The notes under the pieces were generated by a model. It saw only the letters and a list, made by a program, of their open reading frames with translations. It ran no database searches and was not told where the DNA came from. A DNA stretch of 63,441 nt, the filler included, from Kipferlia bialata (Eukaryota), in assembly GCA_003568945.1 (NCBI GenBank). It is 4 parts of 4 records of this genome, joined end to end, with 100 filler letters (N's around TTAATTAATTAA, not from the genome) between each part and the next. Parts side by side here need not be neighbours in the genome. Positions count along the whole stretch, not along the records: positions 41,823 to 53,398 come from BDIP01000174.1; positions 53,499 to 63,441 come from BDIP01000185.1; 2 more parts are not named here. The stretch is one strand, 5' to 3'. This document shows, piece by piece, positions 50,950 through 63,441 of the stretch. Each line of letters opens with the position of its first letter. Positions within the stretch are counted from its first letter, which is position 1. A program made the position numbers and the translations under genes.

Positions 50950-51147
50950 ATATCATGAAGTAGACACGTACGGCCTCTCGCAGGTCCGGGTACCGGTCTG
51001 CCTTGACTTCGGCCTGCATTCTAGGGTGAGAAAGGCCGAAGCAGCAAAAATATTGACTAGCAAACAAGAACAGGTCAATCCAGGGTACCTGCGGTCCTCG
51101 GCTTCAACCTCATCATTTGTTTTTCTCTCTTTGCGCCCACGGGCCAT
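44972..51147 (-). CDS. Large multi-exon protein with the same C-terminal TIR-like domain as gene A (gene B)
   Basis: The last exons read TMPPKECMVVYLPDIG...SPSALKK, ALTDVPHVVV...TVRAFMCLGK, EASLREAYEGLAGFVLTNY and DTLQCIPLRSYFEDVWMDMC...*. Exons upstream of the poly-G at ~50906-50948 (MARGRKERK...) may belong to another gene. Confidence 0.55.
49033..49146 (-). repeat. Coding hexamer repeat (GTCGGY/GTCGGA on +) encoding an acidic D-(S/T/A) dipeptide tract
   Basis: It reads TDSDSDSDTDADTDAD...DSDSDT in frame with the flanking exon of gene B. Confidence 0.85.
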
Positions 51148-51342
51148 TTACAGACCCCCTGGAAGCTCTAGTCTGTTTGATGGGTGCAAATTGAGGCGTG
51201 AAGGTAGGAAAACTTAGACTCGTCGAACCGGCGAGCGGGTTCGTGTTTATTCCAAAAGGGTGTAGAAAAGTAAAGACCATCCTGCAGGAGTCCTGCTCTG
51301 ATGATCAACTGACACTGGCCCTCTGGCATACACACAGACTTT

Positions 51343-52045
51343 CTAGAGGTCAAGTGGCTGTGTGGGCTGGGCCAGTGCATTCTCAGCCCAGGTAAGAAGC
51401 CTGAGGTAAAGAGTGGATAAAAACACGATAAGGGTGTAGAGAGTCACTATCCACTCAAGAGACAGTCTGCTACAGTCTTTGTCAGTCATACCTTGAGCGT
51501 GTCATCAGGTCCTTGAAGATGGTCTGGGTCACGCCGTCTCTGAAGTGGTAGAAGGCGGGGTATCCACCCACGCGGGGAGTCACCTTGGAGAGGCAGAAGG
51601 CTGCGGTAAGAGGGTAAGAAGGCAGGAGAAGAGACATGTCTCACTTGAATGCCTAGTACCTACGTTGTCGTCACAGCAGTAGTCATATACAGGGACATCG
51701 GGGTGGGACTCGGCCAGGGCCTTGTCCAGCTGGGGGGTGAGTGGCAGGATGTTGGGAGATGTGTACTTGTCAAGGTAGGTTTACAGCGGTACTCTGCCCA
51801 TACCTCTCCAAATGCATACTCTGACACCTTGACGTGTCTGCAGCCGGCTGAGGAGAACCTGATTATTAAGAGTGAGCTATGTATGTATACAACTGTGGAT
51901 GGGGTTGCTATCACAAGTATGTAAGGTAGTACCTGATGAAGCACGAGGGCTCAGTGTTCATTGTCTCCTGGATGTTGTCGTGGGTCAGTGCTACAATGTC
52001 GCACAGACACACACACAGCAGAGCAAGGGCAACCAGGACACGCAT
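51343..52045 (-). CDS. Secreted/ER single-domain thioredoxin-fold (PDI-like) protein with a CRHV motif
   Basis: Signal peptide MRVLVALALLCVCLC is followed by DIVALTHDNI...CFIR|FSSAGCRHVK...|...CDDNV|AFC...VGGYPAFYHFRDG...|RLLTWAE...*. Confidence 0.8.
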
Positions 52046-52335
52046 GACTGGGGATATGGACAGAGGAGAGGGTGGGAGTGGGAGAGGCAGAGGTCTACAC
52101 ATGGGAGGGGTATACTGTGACAAGGCTAGGTCATGTACAGTGTGTGCCAATGGGTCTATACAGTTCAGACGTCTGACCTAGTTCACACAGTCACGACAAC
52201 AGTAGTCAACGATGTCTATTTGTCACAAAACTAACACGATAAGAACCAATAACAGCACACAAAACAATCTAGGACTCGAGCCCCTGGGATACACCATGAT
52301 GAGAGGGTGAGTGTCTCTCCCTGACAGGGCAGAGT

Positions 52336-53333
52336 CTACCTGAGCAGGTTGGCCTCGTGTGCCGCCCTAGCCTCCGCCTCCTTGGCAGCAGCGGCCTCCT
52401 GCCTCTCCCTTAGCCGCCTCTGGCGCCTGGGGGTGAGGGATGCGGGTACACAATCTCAGCAAACATACATGCCTCTGGGCATAAATATGTACATATCCCG
52501 ACACACCTGTTCTCCTCCTTGACCTCCTTCTCCTTCTGCCTCTTCCCGTCCCTGCCGCGGTACTGGCCACTGGGGGTCAGACACATGCATAGACATCGGG
52601 TGGAAGAACAGATCAAATCATAGGCACATTGGACAACCTTGGAGATCCAATGCCATTGTACAGATAGATACACATTGCATCTCATATGTATATATACATA
52701 TATCCCTACCGGACTTCTGTGAGGGGGGCGCTCTTCTGTAGGTACTCCTTGGTCTTGTACTCGGGGTGGGCAATGTAGAACCTAGGGGTGAGGGAGTATT
52801 GATACTGACAATGCATAGTGATATACATGATGATATAACTACACCCCCACATATCCCTGATACATAGTAATGCACTCACTCTGTGACGCTCTTCCTGAAT
52901 GCTGCCTTGGCCTCATTGAACATGTCCACATAGGGCTCAAGCTGGGGTGGGGGGTGGTACATATGCAGAGAGATACAATAATAATGACGATCGGACATAG
53001 GATATTTATGTCTCAATGGAAGCTGAGGCTGAATGACTGAACATGACAGCGATATTGGCTACTAGAGGAAGATAAACAATGATGAGAGGATGTTTACGCT
53101 TAACACAAATAGATAGAGGATATAGAAGGCCGCTGCACTCTCCAACTGCCACCCACCTCAGCTGTGTCGATAGTCTTGTAGTACTGGGCAATCTCCTTCT
53201 TGTTCTGGGGTGAGAGAGGGGTATATACAGAGAGATAGAGTAATAAGACAATACCCCACCCACCTCCTTGGGGTCTGAGCCGGGGTTGGCCTTGGCCATC
53301 TCTGCCATCCTGGCCTTGCGGTACATCAGATAC
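52336..53333 (-). CDS. HMG-box protein, 5'-truncated
   Basis: YLMYRKARMAEMAKANPGSDPKE|NKKEIAQYYKTIDTAE|LEPYVDMFNEAKAAF...HPEYK fits an HMG box, followed by a charged tail. Confidence 0.75.
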
Positions 53334-53398
53334 CTACGGTAAGAGAGAGAGAGAGGGGGGGGGGGGGGGGGGGGGGGACCATAGACCCCCCCGGGGGG

Positions 53399-53498
53399 NN
53401 NNNNNNNNNNNNNNNNNNNNNNNNNNNNNNNNNNNNNNNNNNTTAATTAATTAANNNNNNNNNNNNNNNNNNNNNNNNNNNNNNNNNNNNNNNNNNNN
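53399..53498. other. Artificial contig spacer
   Basis: N-run with TTAATTAATTAA linker. Confidence 0.98.
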
Positions 53499-53575
53499 AC
53501 GCACACGTTGCAGAGGATGTCGCTAGCAGCGACGTAGCAGGCCAGGAGGGCAACAACAAGAATGACAAGCTTCAT
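53499..53575 (-). CDS. 5' end of a secreted, probably saposin-like protein
   Basis: MKLVILVVALLACYVAASDILCNVC is a signal peptide followed immediately by LCxxC; the gene is cut by the contig end. Confidence 0.5.
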
Positions 53576-53707
53576 CTTAGTGTACTGGAAGAGAAGCAGT
53601 CGCTGTCATTCTCAGTCGTGTTCAAAGGGTTCATGTTTTTTGTCTGTCTGGAATTGTTAAACAATTGACAGCTCTCACTGTTCTCTAAGACCGGTGAAAT
53701 CTATGGG

Positions 53708-55251
53708 ATGCCGAGTGGTGGCAGGGCTCTGAATGCCCGCATTGATGCCAGGGATATGGTGGCTGCTGCTGCCATCCAGGAGAGGCTAGCCCAGGCTGCA
53801 GGTGGGTGTCTATTCTTGCCTATAGGATTGTATCCACAATCAGTGATTGTCAATCACTAACTTCCAGGCCTAACGCGGCCCAAGCGAAGGAGGCACCGAC
53901 AGTTTGCCCCTGACTCCCGGTCAAAAGATAATCAACTGGCCTACAAACGCACGGTACGGATTGTATTTGCATCAACACTCCTGCCTACTCTATACACTAA
54001 TGCGTTATACACCATACATACCGCACATGGTCCACTCTCTCTGAGCCTCGCCATACCCCACTCACCCCAGCTGACACTGGCTGAGCGAAGTGGCATGGTT
54101 AAGCGCCCTCCAGGCCCCCAGAAGATGTCGAAGTGGCAGAAGCTGGAGGGGAAGGTGGTGGCTAGGCACAGGTTCAAGTGCGGAGGTAAGGCAGTATGTA
54201 CACATCACGTCCGATATGAGAGCGGTATTGTCAATAATCATATCGTTTCCCGGGTCCTCTCTCTTGATACTCCTGACCCCCAGTCTGTATGGAGAATGTT
54301 GGTGACGAGCAACCCGTTGTCCTACTCTCACCTTGCGGCCATGTGTTCCACAGGAGGTGCCTCTTTCGATACGAGAAGGCAGCTGTCCAGTCAGCAGAGG
54401 GCTGTCCCCTCTGCAGACAGAGGTAAGGGGGATATGTTTCTCTCTCTCCAATGACTGAACTCCCGTATATAAGAAGGGTACTCCCACACTCTCTCTCATC
54501 CTCTGTCTCCTCCTCCCCTGACCCAGGTACATCCCAAGGCAGTCTGAGTCGCTGAGGGAGAGTGCCAGGGCCTGGATGGCCACCCTCATACAGAGGCAGT
54601 ACAGGGAGCACAGGGCTGTGTCATACGCCTCAAAGTGCAGTCATAACATGGTGCGTGCTCTATTGATGCCGATTCGACTTGGCATTGTCACTCAATACTA
54701 TCTATCTTGAGTATGCACTGACTATAGGTTGACGGGGGTGCCTCTGCGATGTCCCATGTATCCCAGCACACAGACACCCTGCTAAAGTCAGGCCAGGACA
54801 ACGCCACAGACACTAGGGTGCGTCTAATGAATATCGTGTAGTTCCAGTATGTATAGTTACGCTATGTGTATGTCTCACTGACTGATTCCAGGTTGCCTGT
54901 ACGGTGGCAGACAGAGCATCTCGAGAGCTAGACGACCTATTAGCCAAACTGAATGGTAGCCGCAATGCAGCGCAGGTGAGCTGGCCAGATGTACTGACCA
55001 AGGCCTGTCTGCGGCACAAGGGAGAGTGCCCCATCTGCATGGACACCCTGCCTCTGCCCCCTAGACCCTCTATACAGTGTGTGCAGGCTGATAGGAGTGA
55101 GGCAGTGCTGGTATCCTGCTGTGCCACTGTATTCCACAAGGAGTGTCTACACGATCACACCTCCAGACACGACCTGACCTTCTGCCCCTGCTGCAGACAG
55201 AGCTATGTGACCAGGGGGGTGGGGGACAGAAGGGCAATAGACTCATTCTGA
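53708..55251 (+). CDS. RNF32: RING finger protein 32-like (RING-IQ-RING)
   Basis: It has AAAAIQ, LTLAERSGMVKRPP..W, RING1 (C..CME...CGHVFHRRC...CPLCR), an IQ motif (ATLIQRQYREH) and RING2 (CPICMD...VFHKEC...CPCCR). Confidence 0.85.
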
Positions 55252-55560
55252 TGCCTCAGAGAGACACTACTCACACACCTTCATCACCATATATTCACCT
55301 ACACAACCACTCATAATACACAATTTATAGAAAACCGGCGCACCGGTCTCAATCCTTCTACACACAGCCGTGAATCTGCCAAATGACAAATACAACTGTC
55401 CCAATCATCACATCATTGACTCGACACAAAAGTCAGCATCAGCACCTATGAGAGACCCATAGACACTAACACCCTGAACGAAAGCAAATAAGTCCAATAA
55501 GTCCAGCCTAAACCTCAGCCTCAACCCCCCCTCTGCACCTATGCAGATAGCACACCGTGC

Positions 55561-58500
55561 TCAGTGGGAGTGGTCCAGCTCTGCCAGGGTGCCCATGAAG
55601 GAGTCGATCTGGTGGGAGGAGTTGGAGTTGTCGTTGACCACGAAGCGCTGCAGGTGCTCGAGGTCAGACCCGATCCTCTCCGTCTCAGAGTCAAGCCTGC
55701 CAGACAGAGCAAGCACAGACTGCACGAGAGAGGAGAAGGTGACAACAGTGTCGTCGCCCTGCTCGATGACGCAGGTGGTGGCGGCCTCCAGCTCCCCCCT
55801 GAGCTCGGTCTCGACAGACACCAGCATGGTAGAGACAGTGTCAGCCACCTCCTCGAAGGTCTGGGTGTGGGCAGCAGTCTTCTTCTTCAGCTCCAGAATC
55901 TCCATCTTCTGCATAGTCATGGCTCTGCTGTTGTCAGACACGTGGTCAGACAGGGCGCGGATGGCCTCCAGCTCGCTGCCAAGCTCCTTCTGGCCCTGCT
56001 CGAGCCTGTCAGTGAAGCGGGAGAGGGACTCGCGCTTGTCGTTGCCGCTGCGGATGTCGGCGGTGTTCTTGTTACCGGTCTGCTCCACCCTCTTGAGGTA
56101 GTCGGTGAGGGTGGTGACGGACCTGGCCACGGACAGGGTGTCTGTGGTGGTGGCGAAGGTGTCGGCGCGCTTGGCAAAGGCAGCGATACCGGAGGCGGCC
56201 TCTGCAATGGAGGCAGAGTGGGCAGACAGGGTCTCTCCGTGGCTGGCAGCGGAGGCGTCAAGGGTGGCGAGCCTGGCCTCCACGCCCTCGTGCTTCTCGC
56301 CGGCCTCTGCCACGTGGGCAGCGTGCTTCTCGCCCAGGGCCTTGGTCAGGGCGTCCAGAGCCTCGAGGTGCTCGGCCACAGACTTGGTGGTGCCCTCCAC
56401 CTGCTCAGAGAGAGCGGAGTGGGAGGCAGAGAGAGAGGCGTGGGCCTCCTCGGTGGCATCGCACCTGCTCTCGAGGGCAGTGGCTCTCTCCTCTGTGCTC
56501 AGGACACGCACAGTGAGGGCCTCAGCGGCAGCCTCGCCGGCAGCGATCCTAGCCTCGGCCTCCCCGTTGCGGGTGTCGGCCTCATCGTGCCTGGTCTCGG
56601 AGGCAGTGCACCTGTCGGCCAGGGCGGCAGAGGCCCCCTCAAGGGAGGTGAGCTGGGAGGAGTGGGTCTGACCCAGGGCCTCGGCGTCTCCCATGCGGTC
56701 AAAGAGAGCAGAGACAGAGGCAGTCACGTCGCTGATGCCCTCTGCGTTGGTGGTGGTGGCCTCGTCCAGGCCACCGAGCCTCTGGCCCACCTCCTCCAGG
56801 GCACCTGTGGTGGATGCGGTGTAGGCAGTGTATGCAGTGGTGAGCGTGGCCAGGCTGGTAGCTGTGCCGGCCGTGCTGGTCTGGAGACCGGCCACCTCCT
56901 CGCTGGTGGCCAGGGCCTGCTGGGCCATGTCCGACAGGGATGTGGTGTGGGAGCCAACAACCTCAGACAGAGTGCCAATCTGAGAGTGTGCATCAGCAAT
57001 GCGGTTGTGCAGCTCATCCAGGCGCACGTGGGCGGCGTCTCCCTTGGCGTCTGTCTCCATGAGACGGGTGTCCATGGAGGACAGAGAGATCTCGTGCTTG
57101 TCCACGGATGCCTCAGCCTCAACGAGTCTGGCGTCAACGGCCTCGTGCTGGGAGGTGAGAGTCGTGAGGCGGGCGGTCTCAGCGACAATAGTGGCCTCAG
57201 CGGCAGTGAGCTGCTGTGTGTGGGTGGCAACGGTGCCCTCGGCCTCTGTGAGGCGCTGGGTGTGCCTCTCGATCTCGTCACCCTGCATCGAGGTGGTGCC
57301 CTTGAGGAGCTCAATGGCAGCTCCGTTGGCGGCACTGGCACCCTCCACAGAGGCAATGCGGTCCTCAGCGGCAGTGGCCCTCTCGTCTGCGGCAGCATGG
57401 GCAGCCTCAGTGGAGTCGAGCCTGGCCTCGGCCTCTCCGGCACGGGCAGAGGCAGCCTCATCAGCAGAGGCATGGGCAACAAGAGTCTCGTCGATCCTGG
57501 AGATCTCGGCGGTGACCCCCTCGTTGACCTTGGCCTGCTTGTCGAGGGATGCACCCATATCCTCGGCCATCTGGGTCGACAGTCTCTTCAGGTCCTCGAT
57601 CCTGGAGATGTGGTCGGCCAGTCTGTCGTTGACCTGGGACACAGTCTCTAGCAGGCCCTGCACGGTGCCCTTGATGTCGGCCACCTTGGTAGTCAGCACG
57701 GAGAGGCTGTCGGCAGTCTCCCTGCCCTCCACCTCGAGGCTCGACACACGGCCATCGACCTCGGCCTTGTGGGCAGCAGTCTCCTCCGTGAGGGTGGCCA
57801 GGGCGGCGGCACCCACCTTCTGCTGGCTGTTGAGCAGGTTGAGCTGGTCGGCGTGCTGCCCAGCCTTGGTCTCGAGGGCGCCCACGCTGGTGGCCAGCTT
57901 GGTCGTGGCCTCGGCACGGGTGTCGCACTCGACAAGCAGGGCGGCCCTGTTGTCTCCGGCGGCAGTCTCCACAGCGGACAGACGCTCCTCAGCGGCTGCG
58001 GCAAAGGTTGTGTGGGCCTCCCTGTTCTCCTTGGTGAGCCTCTCCTGCACCTCGACCCTCTCAGAGACCTTGCCCATGGCCTTGACTGTGGAGTCGTGGT
58101 TGGAGGTAAGAGAGCGCTGCTGAGCAAGAAGGGAAGATATCTGCTTCTCTGCGTTGGCAATGTGCTGCCCTGCGATGACAGCCTCCTCCTTCCTCTCCTC
58201 AGTCTCAGTGGCCTGGGTGCGGCCCAGGGCGGCAATGCCCTCCTCAGCACTCTGGAGACCGGCTCCCTGTGCGGCCAGGGCCTCAGCCACCTTGGCCTCG
58301 CCCTCCTTCCTCTGGTCGCCCTCCTCAGAGAGAGAGGCAACCAGGGCCTCGGCCTGGGCGGTCAGGGTCTCCACCTCCTTGGCAAGGGCCTCACGCACGG
58401 CGGCGGTGTTGGCCTCGCCGGCGTCGATGCTCTCCCCAAGCTTGGCAAGCTCCTCTCCGTGTGCGGCGAGGCCTGTCTTGAAGGATGCCAGCACGGCCCG

Positions 58501-61335
58501 GACCTCTGTGAATCTCACATTGGACACCTCCCTGTCTGCCTTGAGCTTGCTCTCCATCTGAGCCATGATGTCTGGGGGTGAGGGTGAGAGCAAGTGCAGG
58601 TGTGGAGAGTGTATATCTATACGATACTGTATTTATATACTATAATATATGTGAACCTCCGCACCTGTGTACATCCTCTGCAGCTTCTGCTGGATGATGG
58701 CGGGCACGTTCTGGATGGCAGAGGCCATGGAGCTGGAGCCAGACCTGGCCTGGTCCTCGAGTCTGGAGGCCACGCCCTCCTTGTCCTCCTTGGACACCGA
58801 CCCAATGAGGGCGCCCTTCGACTTCTCCCTCTTGAGAGAGAGGTTGGCCTGGCTGGCCTGCCTCATCTGCTGGAACCGGGACTGCAGCTTGGTCTTGACC
58901 TGGGGGTGAGGGGAGAGGGGAGAGGAAGAAAGGAATATATACTAGTGTACACACAGACACACACACACATATACATATGTATATATACCTGCTGGGCCTC
59001 GACTGCGCTGTCAGCCACGATGGGCTCCATGTAGGACTTGGTCAGACCCACAACGGCAGAGTAGAGCACGGGGACAGACTCCAGAGAGGCGTTCGAGATC
59101 ATGCGCTAGGGGTAAGATGCAATGTAGATGTAAGTGTACAGTGTCCTGATGCAGTACATGCAACACCCACCTTGATGCGCTGGATGTCGGTGGAGGTGAC
59201 GCCGGGGCTGTTTCTCTTCTTCACCATCTGCATGAGCTCTGAGGCAGTGCTCTGCAGCTTCTGGAGGGCCAGGGGGGGCAGCTGCTTGTCGGAGGAGACA
59301 GTGACGTCCTTGGGGACGGCGACACCGGCGAGGCTCTTCAGGAGGGCGTTGAGGGAGAGGTTGAACGCCATGGCCTTGGCCACCTCGGGGTGGGCGTCGG
59401 GCCAGTTGCCAATGTCCAACTTGAGCACAAACAGGGCGTGGGTGAGGTCCTCAACGATGGCAGCCAGCTGGGCGTCGGTCTGGGACTGGTACCTGCTCAG
59501 TCAGTGCATGAAGTGGCAGTGGATGTGTGTATATATAGAGTGCACATCGCAGATATATATACTATGAACTGCCTCACCTGTATGTCATCACAGAGGGTGC
59601 GGGTGTGATGTCGAGCCTGACCAGGTTGGGGGACACCCTCAGGAGCTCTCTGATGCCGGACCCGACCTCTCCGCTCTGCAGCTGCAGGCACCTGGCCAGG
59701 CCGAGGGTGTGGAGGGACTTGCCCTTCTGGGCAGCGACCAGGATCTCAGTGGTGTCGGCGATGGGGAGGAAGGCCTCTGCGTCTGCCCCAGACCCCTGCC
59801 TGGAGATGTTGAGGAGAGAGGCAGAGTGGCGCATGCTACCCCTAGAGGCCAGGGGGCTGTCAGGGAGGCTCTCGTCTCCACCAGCGTTCATCTTAACGGG
59901 GCTCTGGTAGCCGATCTTGATCATCTCGAGCCTCTTGCAGGACCTGAGGAGAGCGGCCATCCTCTTTGCGAGGTTGGAGGCCTCCACAGCCTGGGAGGGG
60001 GCGCCGAAGTTGAAGGAGACGTCGAGGGACCTCATGTGGGGGATCTGGGGGTAAGAGACAGAGAGACCGAATGGGGGAGAGGGGGGGGGGGGTATATCAG
60101 AGGTAAGACAATATGGATGCTGTACTGGACTGTACCCACCTTGCCACAGACAGCCAGCACGGAGGAGACTCCCTTGCAGGTCATCTTGTTGTGGCTGAGG
60201 TTGAGGGACCTGAGGGCTGGCCTGGGCATGTCGTTGACCAGGGCCTGCCTGAGGGAGGAGGCGGCGGCAGTGGCAAACACCTCGACACCAGAGTCGGACT
60301 GGGCAGTGTGGGAGAGGTCGAGCTCCTGGATGCGGAGACCGTCCTCCATGGCGGCAGTGAGGGCACGGAGCACTCCGGCACCCAGCCTGGGGTGAGGGAG
60401 AGGCAGAGGTTATTAGAGAGTGACAAGAAAGTAGAAAAGTAGAAGAGTAGAATCCAGGAACTGTATACTATAGATCTATATATATCTTAAGTCACCTAGC
60501 GGACACACTATACAGAGACTGTCACACAACCAGACACATACCTGTTGTGGTTGAGGATGACGGACTGCAGCCAGACTCCCTTGCCGGTCCCCTCGTCCTT
60601 GGATGCAAAGGCAGTACACACATCGGCCACGGCCTGGGAGGCGGAGTCAGTGAGACCACACTTGGACAGGTTGATGGTGGAGATGGCAAAGGCCTTGGGC
60701 TTGCTGGTGAGGAAGGTGGCCAGCTGGGCAAGGTCGTGCTCACCCAGGGGGGTGCCCTGGAAGGAGATGGAGGTCAGGGAGATCCGGAGGGACTTGACAA
60801 TGTGGTGGATGGCGCTGATGCTGTGCTTGTTGGTCACAGCGTTGTCCTCGTAAGAAAAGGACCTGATCTGGGCGTCGAAGTGCTTGGAGCGGTGCTTCAT
60901 GCCAGTCTCAACAGCCTGCAGGGTCAGATCCATAGAGACGAATATGATTGAGTGAGAAATAGTACCAAACCTGCTCTCGCACGAAATACAGTGTCTGCAT
61001 TGACTCCAGATACCACTAGTACTACACAGACGCCTCCCCTCAAGCAATAACAGGATACTTCAAAGAGTAGTCATACTAAGTCTGAAACGTCTACTGGCCA
61101 AGAACACCTCAATACAGAGAGTACAAAGCCATTAAAGACATACCTTGGTGAGGAAGAACAGGTGCTGATCGGGGACACGTCCCTCAACAAACATGGAGGA
61201 GAGATCCAGGCTCTGGGTGGATGGAATGCGATCCAGGGCCTTGAGGAGAGAGCTAGAAGGCTGAACTCCCTTGTCATTACACTGGGACTCATACTCTGTT
61301 CTTATCGCCTTGGCGAACTGAACGTGGGCCTCCAT
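55561..61335 (-). CDS. RI-type leucine-rich-repeat protein with a ~1000-aa C-terminal coiled coil
   Basis: LRRs include ISTINLSKCGL, LQSVILNHN, IQELDLSHT, LRSLNLSHNKM, MRSLDVSFN and LHTLGLARC. The final 3-kb exon is Ala/Glu/Thr-rich heptad sequence with a strong GC3 bias. Confidence 0.85.
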
Positions 61336-61591
61336 GTGTGCTTCCAACCGGCCTCACGCTTCTAAACAGGATGCTTTGCTCTTGAGCCTAGACCCCTTCT
61401 TCACCCATTTATTTTTTTTGGATTTGAACCCAGATTCGGAGACTCCGAATCGGAGAACACTAACACAGCACTGCTGACATAGTGACGGTCCCAGCGCTCT
61501 CTTCCAAACACTCCTCTCATATGTTGATACAATTAACATTTATCCATTAGACCCTTACAGAATCTTTGATCGGGACGGTAACACAATAGTA

Positions 61592-63369
61592 TCACTCTGT
61601 CATAACGAAGGAGCAGTACTCTCCTGCCCTCACGCGCTGAGGCACCCCCACAATGGTACCGACCATGACCTCTTCGAACGAGAGGTTGACAAGCTTAGTC
61701 CCATCCCCTAGCTGGCCGTCGTCACTGGAGGTGAGTAATTTCAGATAGGAGTACATGAAATACACTAGAGTATCGATATATATACCGCTATATCCTAGCA
61801 ATGTACGTACTTGTCTCCACTGGCGTATACTGCGTGGTCCCCTGTCAATAGGAGTGTGTGGTCATACCCACAGGCACACCCCACCACCCCCTGCATATCA
61901 GGCACAGGCACTGCCACAGACTGCATGCCCTGGTTGCCCCATCCACACTGGAGTGAGGCCGAGTATACAGACACACAAGAGAGAGTGGGATGCTGTATAT
62001 GAAGTGCTATTACCTGACCATTCATGGAGGACCCTGTGCACATTACCGACCCATCATACATGACTGCGACTGAGTGGTCGTCCCCAGCACACACTGCCAC
62101 AACCCCAGCCAGGGGGTACCGGTCACTGTCTACCATGGCCTGAGGAGGGTCAACCTGAGGGTCAACGCATGTGGATATATATCCAAGGGTATATACATAT
62201 ATATATATCGACCTGTGTGTGCTTAGTCCCCATTCCGCACTGGCCACTGGAGGCATGGCCCCAGGCCACAGACCCCTGGGCAGCAGTAGTGGCTACGGTT
62301 AGTACATAGATATGTGGGATACTCAGCACGTGTGATGTACCTACAAAGTGGTGGTGGCCGGCAGACACGTGGGTGAACAAGGTGCCAGCAGGGAGGAGAG
62401 AGGTGTCGAGTGCAGCCGGGTGCTTGCACACATCAGTGTCTGCACCCTGGCCGGCCTCTCCATATGCATTGTCACCAACCGTGTAGATGGTACCCTCAGA
62501 ACACAGCACAAGGGAGGTGTAGCTAGTGGCGGCTACCTCAACTGCCTGATGGTGAGACACATACCCATGGTGGTGGTATGATATTCAATTGTCCTTCAGT
62601 ACCTTGCACCCCATAATGTATGCATCGTTGAGCAGTACAGGGGACACCTGGCGGCGCATGTTGTACTGGCCTATGGTTAGAGATGTAACCCATACATAAG
62701 TATAACATGGGGGTCGAATATTCCTTTTCAGTGACTGTACACACGCATGCATCCGCCGTACCCAGCTGGTACTTGTCGTTGTTACCCCACATGTACACTG
62801 CGCCATCCTCAGTCACGGCCATGGAGTGGAGGGACCTGGGGGGTGGAGGTGGGAGGGAGACAATAGACACTCTATACTATATATCAGACTCAGTGTGTAA
62901 TATAGTGGACAACCCCCCGTACCCACATGCAATGGCCTTGATAGGGGCCTCATCGAATGCAGAAGAGGGAAGCTCAACTGGAGTCTTACGGGTGCGGGTG
63001 TCCCCAAGCCCTGTGTGTAAGAGAAGTAGTAGAGTAAGTATGGAGGATGTACCAATCGCTATCTCTATCACCCACGATGGAACAAAACACAACCTCTTAA
63101 ACACCATGATACGTGTATTGAAACCAATGACACTGTATCAACAACGGATGCCGTGAGTACATATCGTAAGTACATACTACAACATCCACCCATATCGGTG
63201 TCAGACTCACCCAGCTGTCCGTTGCCGTTCTTGCCCCATGCAAAGACCCTTCCGTTGCTGGACAGGGCCAGGGTGTGCTGCTGGCCACTGCACACATCGA
63301 CGGGCATGGTCTCGTTGAAGTAGGACTGGAGGATCTGCTCAGGGGACAGCACATCAACAGGGGTGCCAA
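61592..63369 (-). CDS. RCC1-repeat beta-propeller protein, 5'-truncated
   Basis: Repeats include VCSGQQHTLALSSNGRVFAWGKNGNGQLG, IACG|SLHSMAVTEDGAVYMWGNNDKYQLG, VSAGHHH and CACGYDHTLLLT. The stop is at 61592. Confidence 0.92.
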
Positions 63370-63391
63370 CTGAGACAGTTAGAGACGGGGG

Positions 63392-63429
<38 letters not shown>

Positions 63430-63441
63430 AATTATCCCCCG

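Noticed and set aside
55541..58581. Long plus-strand ORFs (695, 374 and 270 aa)
   Set aside because: They are antisense shadows of the GC3-rich coiled-coil exon.

Overview
This is an intron-rich protist eukaryotic sequence, not a prokaryotic one. It holds four contigs joined by artificial 100-nt N/TTAATTAATTAA spacers at 14210-14309, 41723-41822 and 53399-53498. Introns are short GT-AG introns with a branch motif close to the acceptor (CTCACCCCAG/CTAACCCCAG) and are full of (AT)n/(AG)n microsatellites. This style resembles the free-living fornicate Kipferlia, but that is an inference from style only. Splicing exons by hand gives these genes: TRAPPC2, a DUF3307 protein, a CCDC191/Sfi1-like protein, the 5' end of a PLP decarboxylase, a CPBP protease, a ~16-kb VPS13 and two large paralogs sharing a C-terminal TIR-like domain. 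It also gives a kelch-like ORF, a membrane-protein gene with an IS630/Tc1-type two-gene element in an intron, and SET, PDI-like, HMG-box, saposin-like, RNF32, LRR/coiled-coil and RCC1 genes. Two signals stand out. First, dozens of intronic 'echoes' of exon edges are spaced ~100 bp apart and differ from the real exon mostly at synonymous positions, although most cannot be spliced in-frame. Second, there is a SARM1-like ARM-TIR gene whose paralog lacks the putative catalytic Glu. All family assignments come from motif recognition by eye; no database search was run.
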